Positions 8,598-18,539 of a stretch of 32,000 nt of DNA are shown one piece after another (position 1 is the first letter of the stretch; each line of letters opens with the position of its first letter). The stretch comes from Candidatus Babelota bacterium (lineage in GTDB: Bacteria > Babelota > Babeliae > Babelales > Vermiphilaceae). The notes under the pieces were generated by a model, which ran no database searches, had not been told where the DNA came from, and worked only from the letters and a program-made list of their open reading frames with translations. The position numbers were made by a program, and so were the translations under genes. Location: the NCBI GenBank assembly GCA_039809905.1, contig JBDHVY010000001.1:480001-512000 (forward strand). Direction: 5' to 3'.

Positions 8598-10250
8598 TTA
8601 CTTATAATCAGCATCAAATAACTCTGGCAATATTTCACAGGTTGAAGCCGATGGTTTTGGCACATTAAGCACTTCTGCTAATGTATTTGGTAATTGCAAC
8701 GGAGAAACTCGTTGACGCACATAGCGTTTCTCAAATTTTCCCGGATGAAAAATAATGAGTGGTACATGCGTATCATAATTATACGGAGTTTTATGCGCAG
8801 CGCCTTGTTTCCAATGAGTGATTATTGTATAAGGATATGGTTGCACCACTATTGAGCCACTTCTTCCCTTAAATACTTGTTTTTTTATATTATCTTCAAA
8901 TGTGTGCGGCTGTGTAGGTAGTGTTAATAAGTCATCAACAACCCATGCATTTTTAATTCCTGGCGTTGCCAATATCATTAATTTTATATCATTTAATATT
9001 GCCGTTCGCTTATCAGTATCTAATTCATCCATTGCTGCTGAATCACACACTAATTCCTGGCCTTTATAGCTAATAATAAAATCGTTTAATGAATGCTTTT
9101 TCTGCAGAGCATCATTAATACCCTTAACAAATTCAACACGATCAATTCTGTGTGCTAAATTCAAACCTTGGCTTTCTAAAAGCTCAGGAATTGGCATCAC
9201 CCCATGATCTGCTGTTAATGCAAACAACAGTTCATGTTTACCAATTATGCGTAATGTTTTACGCATAAAGCGCTGTATTTGTTTATCAAGATGATAAATC
9301 ATATCAATTGCTTCCATACTATTGGGGCCATATTGATGCGCAACTTTATCAAGTGGGCTTAAGCATACCCATAATAATAAACGATCTTTATGCTTTCTAC
9401 TTACGTGCTCTTTAATACATGCAAGAGAGCAATCAAGGATATACTGATTTGCTTGGGGAGTTTTTTCAAAAAGATGATACTCATTTTTAGGATTCGATTC
9501 ATCTGGCACTGCAAGAGATTGTCCTAGCATCGTTTGTGCACGAGTATATTCGTAGTTATTAATATTAAAAAATTTATATGCATACGGACTTTTTGGATAC
9601 ATTGGATTCCACTCAATGGAACCTAGCCTATTAACAGGATTATTTTTGTTAAATTTCTTTACCCACTCAGGCAATGTATCAAAATATGCCTTACTCGAAG
9701 TAAAACCACCATTATGACAATCCAGCCATAATGGTTTTCCTAATCTACCTGCTGTAGCAATTGCTGAACGACTTTTCCCTGAAATACTATAGGCAGTAAA
9801 GGTACTTCGGGGTTCAGTTTGTAATACACATTGATCAGATAACCCATCAACCATTAATCGATGCGCTGATTTACCATAATCATATACTCCATCAGGAGAA
9901 ATTACTGCAGCATTACCAGAATCATCATCATCGCAGCATATTTTTTTTCCATGTTCATAAAAATTATTACTCGGAATACCATGTAATCCTGCATAAGTTC
10001 CTGTATTCAAACTTGTATGTCCAGCAGCTGTGCCAGGTTGCCCACTCTCGTAATGAGCATTAGTGAAATAAACGCCATGATCAATCAGATATTTAATACC
10101 ATGCTTTAAATGAGGATACAATTTATCAATATAAGAATGTGCAAATTGATCAATAACAATAATAACCGTCAGACGTGGTGGTTTTACGTTATAAGCAGAG
10201 AGGGACATAACTGATAAGAAGATAAGATAAGACTTAAATATTTTTTTCAT
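8598..10250 (-). CDS. Alkaline phosphatase superfamily enzyme (nucleotide pyrophosphatase/phosphodiesterase or PafA-like), secreted
   Basis: 550 aa with a signal peptide. It has the metal-site motif VIIVIDQF, the nucleophile region GQPGTAAGHTSLNTGTYAGLHGI and a downstream ADHG motif (LTADHGV). Confidence 0.85.
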   Translation of the reverse strand: MKKIFKSYLIFLSVMSLSAYNVKPPRLTVIIVIDQFAHSYIDKLYPHLKHGIKYLIDHGVYFTNAHYESGQPGTAAGHTSLNTGTYAGLHGIPSNNFYEHGKKICCDDDDSGNAAVISPDGVYDYGKSAHRLMVDGLSDQCVLQTEPRSTFTAYSISGKSRSAIATAGRLGKPLWLDCHNGGFTSSKAYFDTLPEWVKKFNKNNPVNRLGSIEWNPMYPKSPYAYKFFNINNYEYTRAQTMLGQSLAVPDESNPKNEYHLFEKTPQANQYILDCSLACIKEHVSRKHKDRLLLWVCLSPLDKVAHQYGPNSMEAIDMIYHLDKQIQRFMRKTLRIIGKHELLFALTADHGVMPIPELLESQGLNLAHRIDRVEFVKGINDALQKKHSLNDFIISYKGQELVCDSAAMDELDTDKRTAILNDIKLMILATPGIKNAWVVDDLLTLPTQPHTFEDNIKKQVFKGRSGSIVVQPYPYTIITHWKQGAAHKTPYNYDTHVPLIIFHPGKFEKRYVRQRVSPLQLPNTLAEVLNVPKPSASTCEILPELFDADYK

Positions 10251-10419
10251 ACCAACCCCTTAATATTCTAATAAGAAAAAAAACAACCAATATTTTGTGC
10301 GCAAATTCAGATTAGCACATTTATGTGGTTCAAAAAAAGATATTCCTATTTTTTAACATTCAGGACTAGCACTATCATTTCTTGTGCTATAGATTATATG
10401 TATACAAGGAGCACTACAT

Positions 10420-11010
10420 ATGTTTTTGGATTCTGTTGGCATTATTTTAAAAAAAAATGAACTATCTCCACATAAAATAATAATTTTGGATAAAATTCAG
10501 GGAAAAATTGAATGCGTAAGCCCAACACATTCTTTATCTGTTGGCGCTCTTATTACGTACAATATAAAAAAACAAGGCTTCATGCATTTTATTAGTAATG
10601 CTACACTTATATATATTCCCATGGCTCTTGCTCAAACCGACATGCTATTTTTTCATCATGTTCTTGAATTAATTTATTACTTTACCAGCATGGAGCTTTA
10701 TTCACCTGAAGTCTTTAATTTACTTTCATTTTTATATTCAAATGAACAGATAGCCACAACAGCACAATCAAAAAAAATATTTTTGCTCAAATTGCTCACC
10801 AGCATGGGAAGCGTGCCAGAAATCAATACAACAAGGACAGACTATATAGCTCATCTAGCAATTACTGACATAGAACAACTCAACACAATAACAATTGCAT
10901 TATCTCATGAAAAAGAATTGGATAGATGGTTATGGTGTTGCGTTTGGCAGCATCCATATGTTAAGGAATTTAAGACAGTTCATTTTTTAGCAAGAAACAG
11001 GGCATTATGA
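10420..11010 (+). CDS. Hypothetical protein, possibly a divergent RecO-like recombination mediator
   Basis: 196 aa. The N-terminus (GIILKKNELSPHKIIILDKIQGKIECV) resembles the RecO OB-fold start and a helical region follows (FFHHVLELIYYF, FLLKLLTSMG). No zinc finger is present, so the similarity is weak. Confidence 0.3.
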   Translation: MFLDSVGIILKKNELSPHKIIILDKIQGKIECVSPTHSLSVGALITYNIKKQGFMHFISNATLIYIPMALAQTDMLFFHHVLELIYYFTSMELYSPEVFNLLSFLYSNEQIATTAQSKKIFLLKLLTSMGSVPEINTTRTDYIAHLAITDIEQLNTITIALSHEKELDRWLWCCVWQHPYVKEFKTVHFLARNRAL

Positions 11011-14000
11011 AAATAGTATCAAAGATTTCTCTTATAGTAATTATTTTAATTAATAGTTCTCTCTTTGCTGGTGACTTTTTTACAAACTTTATAAAACCAG
11101 AACCTAATCAAAAGTTTTTTATCGGCGTTGTGGAAGAAAAACAAAAAATATTAGCCGAATTTCTTAAAGAACAAGCAGACCGTGCTGCTTCCCATAAAAT
11201 ATTCACCGAAAAAATTAATCGCCAACTTGCAAGAGTGATAACCCTCAATCTTAAAGCAGAAAACGAATTACAAAAAAATCCTGATGATGATTTTTTAATC
11301 AAGCAGCAAGCTATTCTTAAAGAATCAGAGCAAGTTCTCAAAGACACACAGCGAGTGCGTGATGATAATGCATCACTTATCTCTGATGTTATTAATCAAT
11401 TACAATCATTTGTTGAAGATCCGCAGTTTGAAGCATTTAAAAAGAAAAATAAGCTCAACGAACGTTTATATTACTCTTTTGATGATCTTCAATATCTTCA
11501 TGATAATATTTTAGATTATGAACAACGCGTTTCTCAACTCACCGATCAAGAAAAAAGCCTTCGCGTTGAAAAAGAAAGCAGAAAACGAAATATTACCAAT
11601 TTGCAAGAAGAGCATGATAAAAGACAACAAGATATTAAAGCCTTTGCCGATGCAATAGCCACGCATACTATCCTTGGTAATCAATCTGAACATGAAAAAA
11701 AAACCATCATACTAGAAGATCATTTGTATAAATATAAAAAACAATTGATCGATGAGCGCTTTAAGGAAATTATCTACCAAACTAAAGCAATTGAATTCCG
11801 ATTATTTATAGCAAAATCATACTTGGATCTTTTTAAAAAACAGCTGCGTATTGTTAAATCAGCAATCCATGTCAGTGAAGCTGATATAACACTTGCTGAA
11901 GAAGATTTGGCGAAAGAACAAAAAAACTATTTTTCTCATAAAGATACTCTCGGTCATGAACGTCAACGCATTACTTCTGCGCAAAAAATCAAAGATAAAG
12001 AATTAAATGATCTGAGTAAAGAACTTTCAATTCCTTTGGGCAGTGAAGTTGATGAGTGGACAAAAAAACCAAAACAAACATCTGATTCGTATGTTGCTGT
12101 AGCTCATATTGGTGCTTTAAACACTGAAATGCTTTTATATAACAAAGAAAAAGATTTGCTTGATGCGCATATTGCACTTGAACAAGAAAAGTTTAACTAT
12201 AAAAAAATGCGTACAGAAGCAAAAAAAACATATCACAAAGTTTCTACACGAGGATTTTTAACAGAAGAAGAAATATCAAAAGAACGCGCTGAATACGAAT
12301 TAAAAAAGAAGGATGCTGAAGAAAACAGCAAACTGTATCAAACGAAAATAAACGCTGTTGCAAATTTATTAAATCATATAAAAAAAATACTTGATCGCGT
12401 AAATACTTTCCATGAAGAAGCAGAAAAACAAGTAGATCTCATTTTCAAAAATAAAAATAAAGAATATAGTCAGTTCACTACCTATATTTTACGTGCAGAT
12501 AGAGCCCTTAAAAAAGAAATCGATGTACTTGGAAAATTAACAAGCACATACTCCGGTATTATTGGAGAAATTAATAGTACGGTTCGCCTGATAGATTTTA
12601 TTAGTACAGAGCTGCAAGCAAGCACCATATGGTATCGTCCCGCATATGCTATCACTCTGGACGGTGTTAAAAATATCATCGCTGATACCAAAGCTTTTTT
12701 TAATGACATTCGCATTTATGTAGCAAAATTCAACAGCAAAATATTTATCATTCATCTTAAAGAAGGATTCTCTCGGCCATTCGATGTTTTATTATTAATT
12801 CTCACCTTATGCGCACTTATCAGTGGATTCTATTTTATTGGCAAATATCGAATCAACATCATTAATTTTTTACTCATACAATGCGGTGATTATGGTCTCT
12901 TTGTCAGCATGATAGCCTTTATTTTGGGAACATTTATCACTTTCATATGCATATTTAGCCATAGTATCTTTACGTGGTTAGTCTTATGGGCATTTTGTGC
13001 TATGATTCCCGATGTATATTTCTCAATTTTATTTTATCTGTGTTCTATACCTTATCTTTTATACCTCTCACACAGATTTATGAAATTATTACTTCAGATG
13101 AATAGCCAATATAAACATGTATTATTGTCTGAGGATTTTCAACGCAGATTCGAATTGGTATTTTCAACGTTTATTTACATCACCATTGTTATTTTTTTCT
13201 TCCGTCAAGCGTTCATGCTTTCTTCCATTTACTTACGCTCCGAATTATCTAATATCCTGCTTGCGGTAAATTTTATTGTACTTCAAATATCGCTTATTTT
13301 ACTTATCACTAAAGAACAAATCATGGGAATTATTCCCAATTATTCTGATTTTTGGCGATGGATTCACTCACGCATTGATGATTACTATTATCTTATTTTA
13401 TTTTTCGTTGTTGCCATTATCATCATGAGTAATCCTTATGTTGGATTTGGCCGATTAGTTCTTTATTTACTTTCCGGCTCAATTTACATGCTCATTCTTA
13501 TTAAAGTGCTTTCGCTCTTGCATACCTTTGTAAAAACAGCAAGCTCACTTTTATTTTTTACTCAAGAAGATGCAATTGTTAAAGAACGTTTTTCATATGC
13601 AAAAACATGTTTTGGTCTTTTTATCATAGCTTCATTTGTTATTCTCGGATTTATTGGATTTATCGTTGCTGCAAAAATCTGGGGATTTGATGTTGCTATT
13701 ACTGATTTTAGACAATGGTTACAAGTACCACTTTTGCTTGAATCTACCACCCACCCTATTACAACATTATCTCTCCTTAAAATTATTGCCTTTATTCTCG
13801 GTGGTTTTGCTGTTGCCTACGCATTAAAACAATATGTTTTAGAAAGAATTTTTGATCTATTGCTCGTTGAATCCGGCGTACAACACACCGTCACCAGCAT
13901 TATTCAATACGTTGTGATTATTATTGCAACATTCTTTGCGTTCAACAGTGTCGGCCTTGGATCTCTGATTGGCAGTATGTTTATGGGCTTAGCATTAAGT

Positions 14001-14630
14001 ATTGGTTTTTATCTCAAAGATCCTCTCAGCGATTTTGTTTCATACTTTATTATCTTAGTGCAACGACCTATTAAGATTGGTGATTATGTCCAAATTGATA
14101 CAGAAACGCTTGGTGTTGTTCGTAAAATTACGCCACGATCTGTAGTGTTACGTCGAAAAAATAGTACAACAATTATAGTCCCTAATTCATATGTAGTCAG
14201 TAAATCAATTGAAAATTGGAACTATGTTCGTAACTTCATTGCAATAAATGATATTTCATTATTTGTGTATTTTAAAGAAGACCCTTCTCAAATAAAAGCT
14301 ATTTTGCACGCAGCAGTAGAAGAACATCATAATGTCCTCAGAAACCCACGTTCTATTGTTCGCTTAATGAATTTTGGTGAATTTGGATATGAATTTATGG
14401 TGCGTTGCTTTATCAGCTCAGCTTATACACTTGAAATGTGGGATATTAGCAGTGATATTCGCTTACTTATTGCAAAAGCATTTAAAGAGCATAATATTGA
14501 ATTTGCAATTCCAATGTATAAAGTTGATGAACATGGTCATTATTATCATGAAACTAAAAGACCTGACAATAATGACAATAAAGGAAATACTGGAATGAAT
14601 GGTCCATTAAATAAACCGATGAATGAATAA
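11007..14630 (+). CDS. Large mechanosensitive ion channel of the MscK/KefA (MscS superfamily) type
   Basis: 1207 aa with a signal peptide, then an approximately 550-aa coiled-coil-like charged domain and about 10 TM spans. The C-terminal MscS core is PIKIGDYVQIDTETLGVVRKITPRSVVLRRKNSTTIIVPNSYVVSKSIENWN. ATGA start/stop overlap with the upstream ORF. Confidence 0.9.
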   Translation: MKIVSKISLIVIILINSSLFAGDFFTNFIKPEPNQKFFIGVVEEKQKILAEFLKEQADRAASHKIFTEKINRQLARVITLNLKAENELQKNPDDDFLIKQQAILKESEQVLKDTQRVRDDNASLISDVINQLQSFVEDPQFEAFKKKNKLNERLYYSFDDLQYLHDNILDYEQRVSQLTDQEKSLRVEKESRKRNITNLQEEHDKRQQDIKAFADAIATHTILGNQSEHEKKTIILEDHLYKYKKQLIDERFKEIIYQTKAIEFRLFIAKSYLDLFKKQLRIVKSAIHVSEADITLAEEDLAKEQKNYFSHKDTLGHERQRITSAQKIKDKELNDLSKELSIPLGSEVDEWTKKPKQTSDSYVAVAHIGALNTEMLLYNKEKDLLDAHIALEQEKFNYKKMRTEAKKTYHKVSTRGFLTEEEISKERAEYELKKKDAEENSKLYQTKINAVANLLNHIKKILDRVNTFHEEAEKQVDLIFKNKNKEYSQFTTYILRADRALKKEIDVLGKLTSTYSGIIGEINSTVRLIDFISTELQASTIWYRPAYAITLDGVKNIIADTKAFFNDIRIYVAKFNSKIFIIHLKEGFSRPFDVLLLILTLCALISGFYFIGKYRINIINFLLIQCGDYGLFVSMIAFILGTFITFICIFSHSIFTWLVLWAFCAMIPDVYFSILFYLCSIPYLLYLSHRFMKLLLQMNSQYKHVLLSEDFQRRFELVFSTFIYITIVIFFFRQAFMLSSIYLRSELSNILLAVNFIVLQISLILLITKEQIMGIIPNYSDFWRWIHSRIDDYYYLILFFVVAIIIMSNPYVGFGRLVLYLLSGSIYMLILIKVLSLLHTFVKTASSLLFFTQEDAIVKERFSYAKTCFGLFIIASFVILGFIGFIVAAKIWGFDVAITDFRQWLQVPLLLESTTHPITTLSLLKIIAFILGGFAVAYALKQYVLERIFDLLLVESGVQHTVTSIIQYVVIIIATFFAFNSVGLGSLIGSMFMGLALSIGFYLKDPLSDFVSYFIILVQRPIKIGDYVQIDTETLGVVRKITPRSVVLRRKNSTTIIVPNSYVVSKSIENWNYVRNFIAINDISLFVYFKEDPSQIKAILHAAVEEHHNVLRNPRSIVRLMNFGEFGYEFMVRCFISSAYTLEMWDISSDIRLLIAKAFKEHNIEFAIPMYKVDEHGHYYHETKRPDNNDNKGNTGMNGPLNKPMNE

Positions 14631-14640
14631 TAATTCACAC

Positions 14641-14676
14641 AAAAAACCCCTTAAGAAATTATCTCAAGGGGTTTTT
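14641..14676. terminator. Bidirectional rho-independent terminator
   Basis: CCCCTTAAGA (14647-14656) pairs with TCTCAAGGGG (14662-14671) at 9 of 10 bp. It is flanked by an A6 and a T5 run and sits between convergent genes. Confidence 0.8.
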
Positions 14677-14695
14677 AATTACTATATCTTTGCAA

Positions 14696-14902
14696 CTATC
14701 TTTTGTGGCGATGCATCAGCGCCGATACTTTATCACCAAGACCACTTTTGCCATACCCAAGCGTCATCAAGAATAATCCTGCCATGATAATTGCAAAACT
14801 AATACCTTTTTGCACCAAACCTAATGCATATAAAACAATAATTAACCCAGCAAGCATATATAAAAGACCTTGCAATGGAGTTGGTAAACGATCCAAAAAC
14901 AT
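14696..14902 (-). CDS. Small two-TM membrane protein
   Basis: The ORF extends to 14941, but the ATG at 14900-14902 has an AGGAAG Shine-Dalgarno 4-5 nt upstream. The product starts MFLDRLPTPLQGLLYMLAGLIIVLYALG. Confidence 0.55.
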   Translation of the reverse strand: MFLDRLPTPLQGLLYMLAGLIIVLYALGLVQKGISFAIIMAGLFLMTLGYGKSGLGDKVSALMHRHKR

Positions 14903-14962
14903 ACTCTTCCTTTTTTTTAAAATAAACATATTCATCACCATATATGGTTATATCATTATGAG

Positions 14963-15838
14963 TCAAGATCCAAATCTAAATCCCATATCAATCAAAAAAA
15001 AGGCAGAAGATTTTGGCTGTTTTCCAAACAGATGTTCTACTGCCACAAAATAGCCTCCCGCTTCAATAAAAAATCTTTGGGTGGAAAACCACAGAGTTGG
15101 GCCAATGAGCACTCTATTAAATCCAGAATTTTCATCCTTAATACAATCAACTTTCTCTTGTTGTTCATATAAACCATTCATTTCTACCATCAAAGTGAGA
15201 ATCCATTTTTCTGGCCGATACGCAATATTTTTACCAATACCGGCTTGATAGGAGAATTGATTTCCAGCTTTGCTATGATCATGCTGCGTTGTTAGCAGAG
15301 CTCCATATGAGGTATAATAATACCATTCCGTTGCTAAATGTTCAGCGGTTACTCCCAAAAAAAAGCTTGGTGAACCAAATCCTGTTGATGGATTTTTATC
15401 GCTTCTTCCGGAAGGAAAATACATTGAAGTAACAAAAGTAAATTGATTAGTAAAGGTTGGCGTATGATGTGCATAAAAGGCGTGTTCGAACTGTACTGCA
15501 ATATCTCCAGCTCCTGATGATCGATATCCATCCTCTTTAAGATGCAACACAGGAAATGCTACTAATAATGAAAAATCTTTTGGAAATCCATAGACAAAAT
15601 ATGGCACTACTTCATTGAACCGTTTATGCGGACCAGTCAACCAACCGGCTGCAAGCTCCAATAATAAATTATGTGGATCAATAATATTTTGACCAAATCC
15701 CAGCAAAGGCCCTGGTTGCATAGTCCCATCAACTGCAAAATTACCCACTTTAACTTGCTTTACTTCTTCATCAGATTCTCGCGTATATATTACTGTATTT
15801 ACCATGAGAATCGTTATAAACAATATACTTCTAAACAC
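14963..15838 (-). CDS. Putative outer-membrane beta-barrel protein
   Basis: 291 aa with a signal peptide. It shows alternating aromatic/Gly-rich beta-strand-like segments and a C-terminal FFLIDMGFRFGS. Any resemblance to MetA-pathway-type OMP transporters is unverified. Confidence 0.45.
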   Translation of the reverse strand: MFRSILFITILMVNTVIYTRESDEEVKQVKVGNFAVDGTMQPGPLLGFGQNIIDPHNLLLELAAGWLTGPHKRFNEVVPYFVYGFPKDFSLLVAFPVLHLKEDGYRSSGAGDIAVQFEHAFYAHHTPTFTNQFTFVTSMYFPSGRSDKNPSTGFGSPSFFLGVTAEHLATEWYYYTSYGALLTTQHDHSKAGNQFSYQAGIGKNIAYRPEKWILTLMVEMNGLYEQQEKVDCIKDENSGFNRVLIGPTLWFSTQRFFIEAGGYFVAVEHLFGKQPKSSAFFLIDMGFRFGS

Positions 15839-15886
15839 CCTATTATCCCTTTTTTTTTAACAACAAAAAATCACCTGCGTATCTAT

Positions 15887-16453
15887 TTATTTCATAAACC
15901 CATGAAGCGGCCATGGTTGAGAAAAATCAAGATGAGCATCATGTAATGGTTCATGTTGTACTAAAAATTGTATTCGTGAGCATACAATCCCACTTGTTAT
16001 TATTGTTTTAAGCAATCCTTCAATCAACATCCATTTATTGAAAATCGTATCTTCTTTACCAAATATAGCATGATCAAAAGAAAGATATATACATCCTGAT
16101 ACATCAATAAGAACTGATTGGACCGTTGTTTTTTTTGAAATAACATGCTCCTCATCAAGCAACGCAAGCCATGTATTAACAAGGTGAAAAATGTTTTTTT
16201 CGTTGCTCGTATGCCATAGCAATTCTTGTTTTTCGCTCTTCCACTTATCGCCATGAAAGTAATGATGTTGTATCTGTTTTTTTTGAATCCGAATTGATTG
16301 TATGTTGTTATCACACGATCTTGGAATATATACCACTACCCATTGATTATAAAAAGCAAAAAAAATAAGAGCCATACAAAATGAAACCCCACTCAGAATG
16401 ATATAATTTTTGAGCGAATCATATGCATTATACAAGTTCATTAAAAACCTCAA
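15887..16453 (-). CDS. Membrane-anchored protein with a GerMN-like domain pattern
   Basis: 188 aa with an N-terminal TM span (ILSGVSFCMALIFFAF). The remainder follows the GerMN pattern (HHYFHG..., LVNTWLALL, VQSVLIDVSGCIYLSF, IQFLV...H.DFSQPWP). It overlaps the upstream amidase-like gene, and the start could instead be 16441. Confidence 0.4.
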   Translation of the reverse strand: MRFLMNLYNAYDSLKNYIILSGVSFCMALIFFAFYNQWVVVYIPRSCDNNIQSIRIQKKQIQHHYFHGDKWKSEKQELLWHTSNEKNIFHLVNTWLALLDEEHVISKKTTVQSVLIDVSGCIYLSFDHAIFGKEDTIFNKWMLIEGLLKTIITSGIVCSRIQFLVQHEPLHDAHLDFSQPWPLHGFMK

Positions 16454-17099
16454 GAATAGCTGCTACCACCGGCTCACAATATCCACGCCATGCTTCTTTA
16501 TCTTTCAATCCTGCTTCTATTGCTATACTTGGCGCAATAATACCAATTAAAGGCTTAATCGGTAAACTATATGGTCCAAGAACAGTGCAAACTGATTGAT
16601 ACGGTTGTTGAGACATTGTTTTGTAAAACAACTGACATATATGATCTGTTGATTGTTTGTTAATTTTATATGCTTCATCATACGTATTACAAACCAATCC
16701 TTGCTGATGCATTGCAAAATCATTGCCATAAGAAAATTGATATAATCGCACTATTGGTTTTGTTTCTTGTGTATAGTAAAAATTGAGATTGATAAAAAGA
16801 TTAGTATTTATCCGATTAGCCAAAGATGCATTTTGCAAATCATATACAATGTCACCGGGTAATCGCGTAATAATTACTTTAATATATGGCGCGCGCTCTT
16901 CAATCATCATTTTTATTTTTTCAGCACATTGTAATGTTAACCCACGCTCAAAACTATCTCCAATACGCCTACCAGTACGTTTTGCATCACCTGCAGGATC
17001 TAAAATCACCGTATATTGGATATACCGTTTTTCATGTATTGGTAAAACATACAACACGAATATTACACACAATAAAAGCAAATATTTTCTCATATGCAT
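16428..17099 (-). CDS. Amidase_3 (N-acetylmuramoyl-L-alanine amidase AmiC/CwlC-like) homologue with degenerate zinc site
   Basis: 223 aa with a signal peptide. VILDPAGDAKRTGRRIGDSFERGLTLQCAEKIK...ANRINTNLFINLNFYY parallels the family pattern DPGHGG...E(K)...ADLFISIHxN. Both His ligands are replaced (H to A and H to N). Confidence 0.6.
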   Translation of the reverse strand: MHMRKYLLLLCVIFVLYVLPIHEKRYIQYTVILDPAGDAKRTGRRIGDSFERGLTLQCAEKIKMMIEERAPYIKVIITRLPGDIVYDLQNASLANRINTNLFINLNFYYTQETKPIVRLYQFSYGNDFAMHQQGLVCNTYDEAYKINKQSTDHICQLFYKTMSQQPYQSVCTVLGPYSLPIKPLIGIIAPSIAIEAGLKDKEAWRGYCEPVVAAILEVFNELV

Positions 17100-17188
17100 A
17101 AAACTATTAAAAAATTTAATCTGCTATAATCTATATACAATATAGTATCTTTAAAAAAAGCTGCTTAGGCAAAAAAATAGATAAATGT

Positions 17189-18538
17189 ATGCGACTTAGA
17201 TTCTATCTGCTTTCCATTATGCTTTTATTTTTCAATAATGATACCAACTCAATGGAAGATACTGGCAGCCAAGCAAACCATAGTGAATCTTATATCACCA
17301 CACTAGCTATATGTGGAATTGCTTGCACAATTACTTACTACACAACGCGGTGGGCTTATCGCATCGCTCGGCAAAAAAGTTTACGAGCTATAAACAGTTA
17401 TCTTGCAAAAAACATCTTTTCTACAAAAATTGCTTTTTTTCCCAAGTTCTATCCAAATGATTATTTAGATAAGGGTTGCATATTTAATTTTTCTGCTGAA
17501 AATTTTAATCCAGTAGCAACATATGCTTTCATAAAAAAACATCCTATTTTTTTGCATATTTTACTAAAAATTTTATTGTTTTTTGATTATGAAAATACTC
17601 AACGAAACTTTAATGGATTTATTACAATAATGTACAAAAGGCACTTTGAACACAATATCAAAAATACCGACAAATTTGATATTAAATGGCAAGATATGTG
17701 CAATATCATAGACTCTTTATTTGTCGCAGGAATAAATCCTCGCGTTAGGCGTTCTTATGAGTTCAGCATATTAAGAGAGGCCTGCTCGTGGCATGACATT
17801 CAGATGGTCAAATATTTGCTTACAAAGATAAACCTAGATCCAGATGATAGAGACCAGCAAGGAGATTATGAACCATCGGGCTCTCTGGGAGGTTATCCTC
17901 GTATACAACATCAAACAAATCCATTCTATATTGCATGCTATAAAAAACAAGATGCCATAATACAATTACTTATTAAACACCATACCCTCGTACATCCTTT
18001 TTTAGACACGGCCCAAATAGTCACCAAAACAATATCTTGCTTTGAACAAGTTATAAAAAAAGAACATTTTCATACCATTGAAAACCCCATATCAATAAAA
18101 TTAGCAAAGGACTTTGTTGCACATACTTTTCTAAAACATTCTTCTTTTAATTATCAAATGTGGATTGAAAAATTTTGGTTGACTAACCAAACATTACAAA
18201 TTCTTCCAAAAGAAATACGCAACCACATCTCTAGTACCCCGTATAAACAACATTATTCATTGGATGAACTATTAGACGGATGCTTTACCAACGATCCAAA
18301 AATATGGCCACCTCTGAAACGCTCGCCTGGAGGAACTGGTTACTGGTACTCAGGTGACCTCACTGGTCTCTATCGCATAGATGAAATTCCTTGTCCTTCG
18401 GATAAACGTGATAAATTTGTCCAAAAAATAATCGAAAAGAAAAAAAATAAAGCAAAAGAATATTTCCTAGAAAAAGGGGTAAACGAGATGAATTTGGCAG
18501 AGCTGATCAAAATTCATGGGAATAGCATTAGAGCATAG
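17189..18538 (+). CDS. Hypothetical membrane-anchored or secreted protein with ankyrin-like repeats
   Basis: 449 aa with a signal-like N-terminus and a TM span (ITTLAICGIACTITYY). Two ANK-like units are ILREACSWHDIQMVKYLLTKINLDPDDRDQQGD and NPFYIACYKKQDAIIQLLIKHHTLV. Confidence 0.6.
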   Translation: MRLRFYLLSIMLLFFNNDTNSMEDTGSQANHSESYITTLAICGIACTITYYTTRWAYRIARQKSLRAINSYLAKNIFSTKIAFFPKFYPNDYLDKGCIFNFSAENFNPVATYAFIKKHPIFLHILLKILLFFDYENTQRNFNGFITIMYKRHFEHNIKNTDKFDIKWQDMCNIIDSLFVAGINPRVRRSYEFSILREACSWHDIQMVKYLLTKINLDPDDRDQQGDYEPSGSLGGYPRIQHQTNPFYIACYKKQDAIIQLLIKHHTLVHPFLDTAQIVTKTISCFEQVIKKEHFHTIENPISIKLAKDFVAHTFLKHSSFNYQMWIEKFWLTNQTLQILPKEIRNHISSTPYKQHYSLDELLDGCFTNDPKIWPPLKRSPGGTGYWYSGDLTGLYRIDEIPCPSDKRDKFVQKIIEKKKNKAKEYFLEKGVNEMNLAELIKIHGNSIRA

Positions 18539-18539
18539 C

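Noticed and set aside
11108-14598. Eight short ORFs nested in the MscK-type gene (11108..11347, 11511..11693, 11989..12177, 12482..12715, 12537..12755, 13562..13750, 13636..13827, 14374..14598)
   Set aside because: These are shadow ORFs inside a 1207-aa gene with clear domain architecture.
14703-15053. 116-aa + strand ORF
   Set aside because: It overlaps two convergently better-supported minus-strand genes and spans their intergenic region. It has a non-ATG start and no Shine-Dalgarno.
15349-17145. ORFs 15349..15531, 15671..15946, 16024..16314, 16547..16729, 16783..17145, 16886..17101
   Set aside because: These are alternative-frame or antisense ORFs within the OMP, GerMN-like and amidase-like operon. 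Their composition is typical of AT-rich shadow frames.
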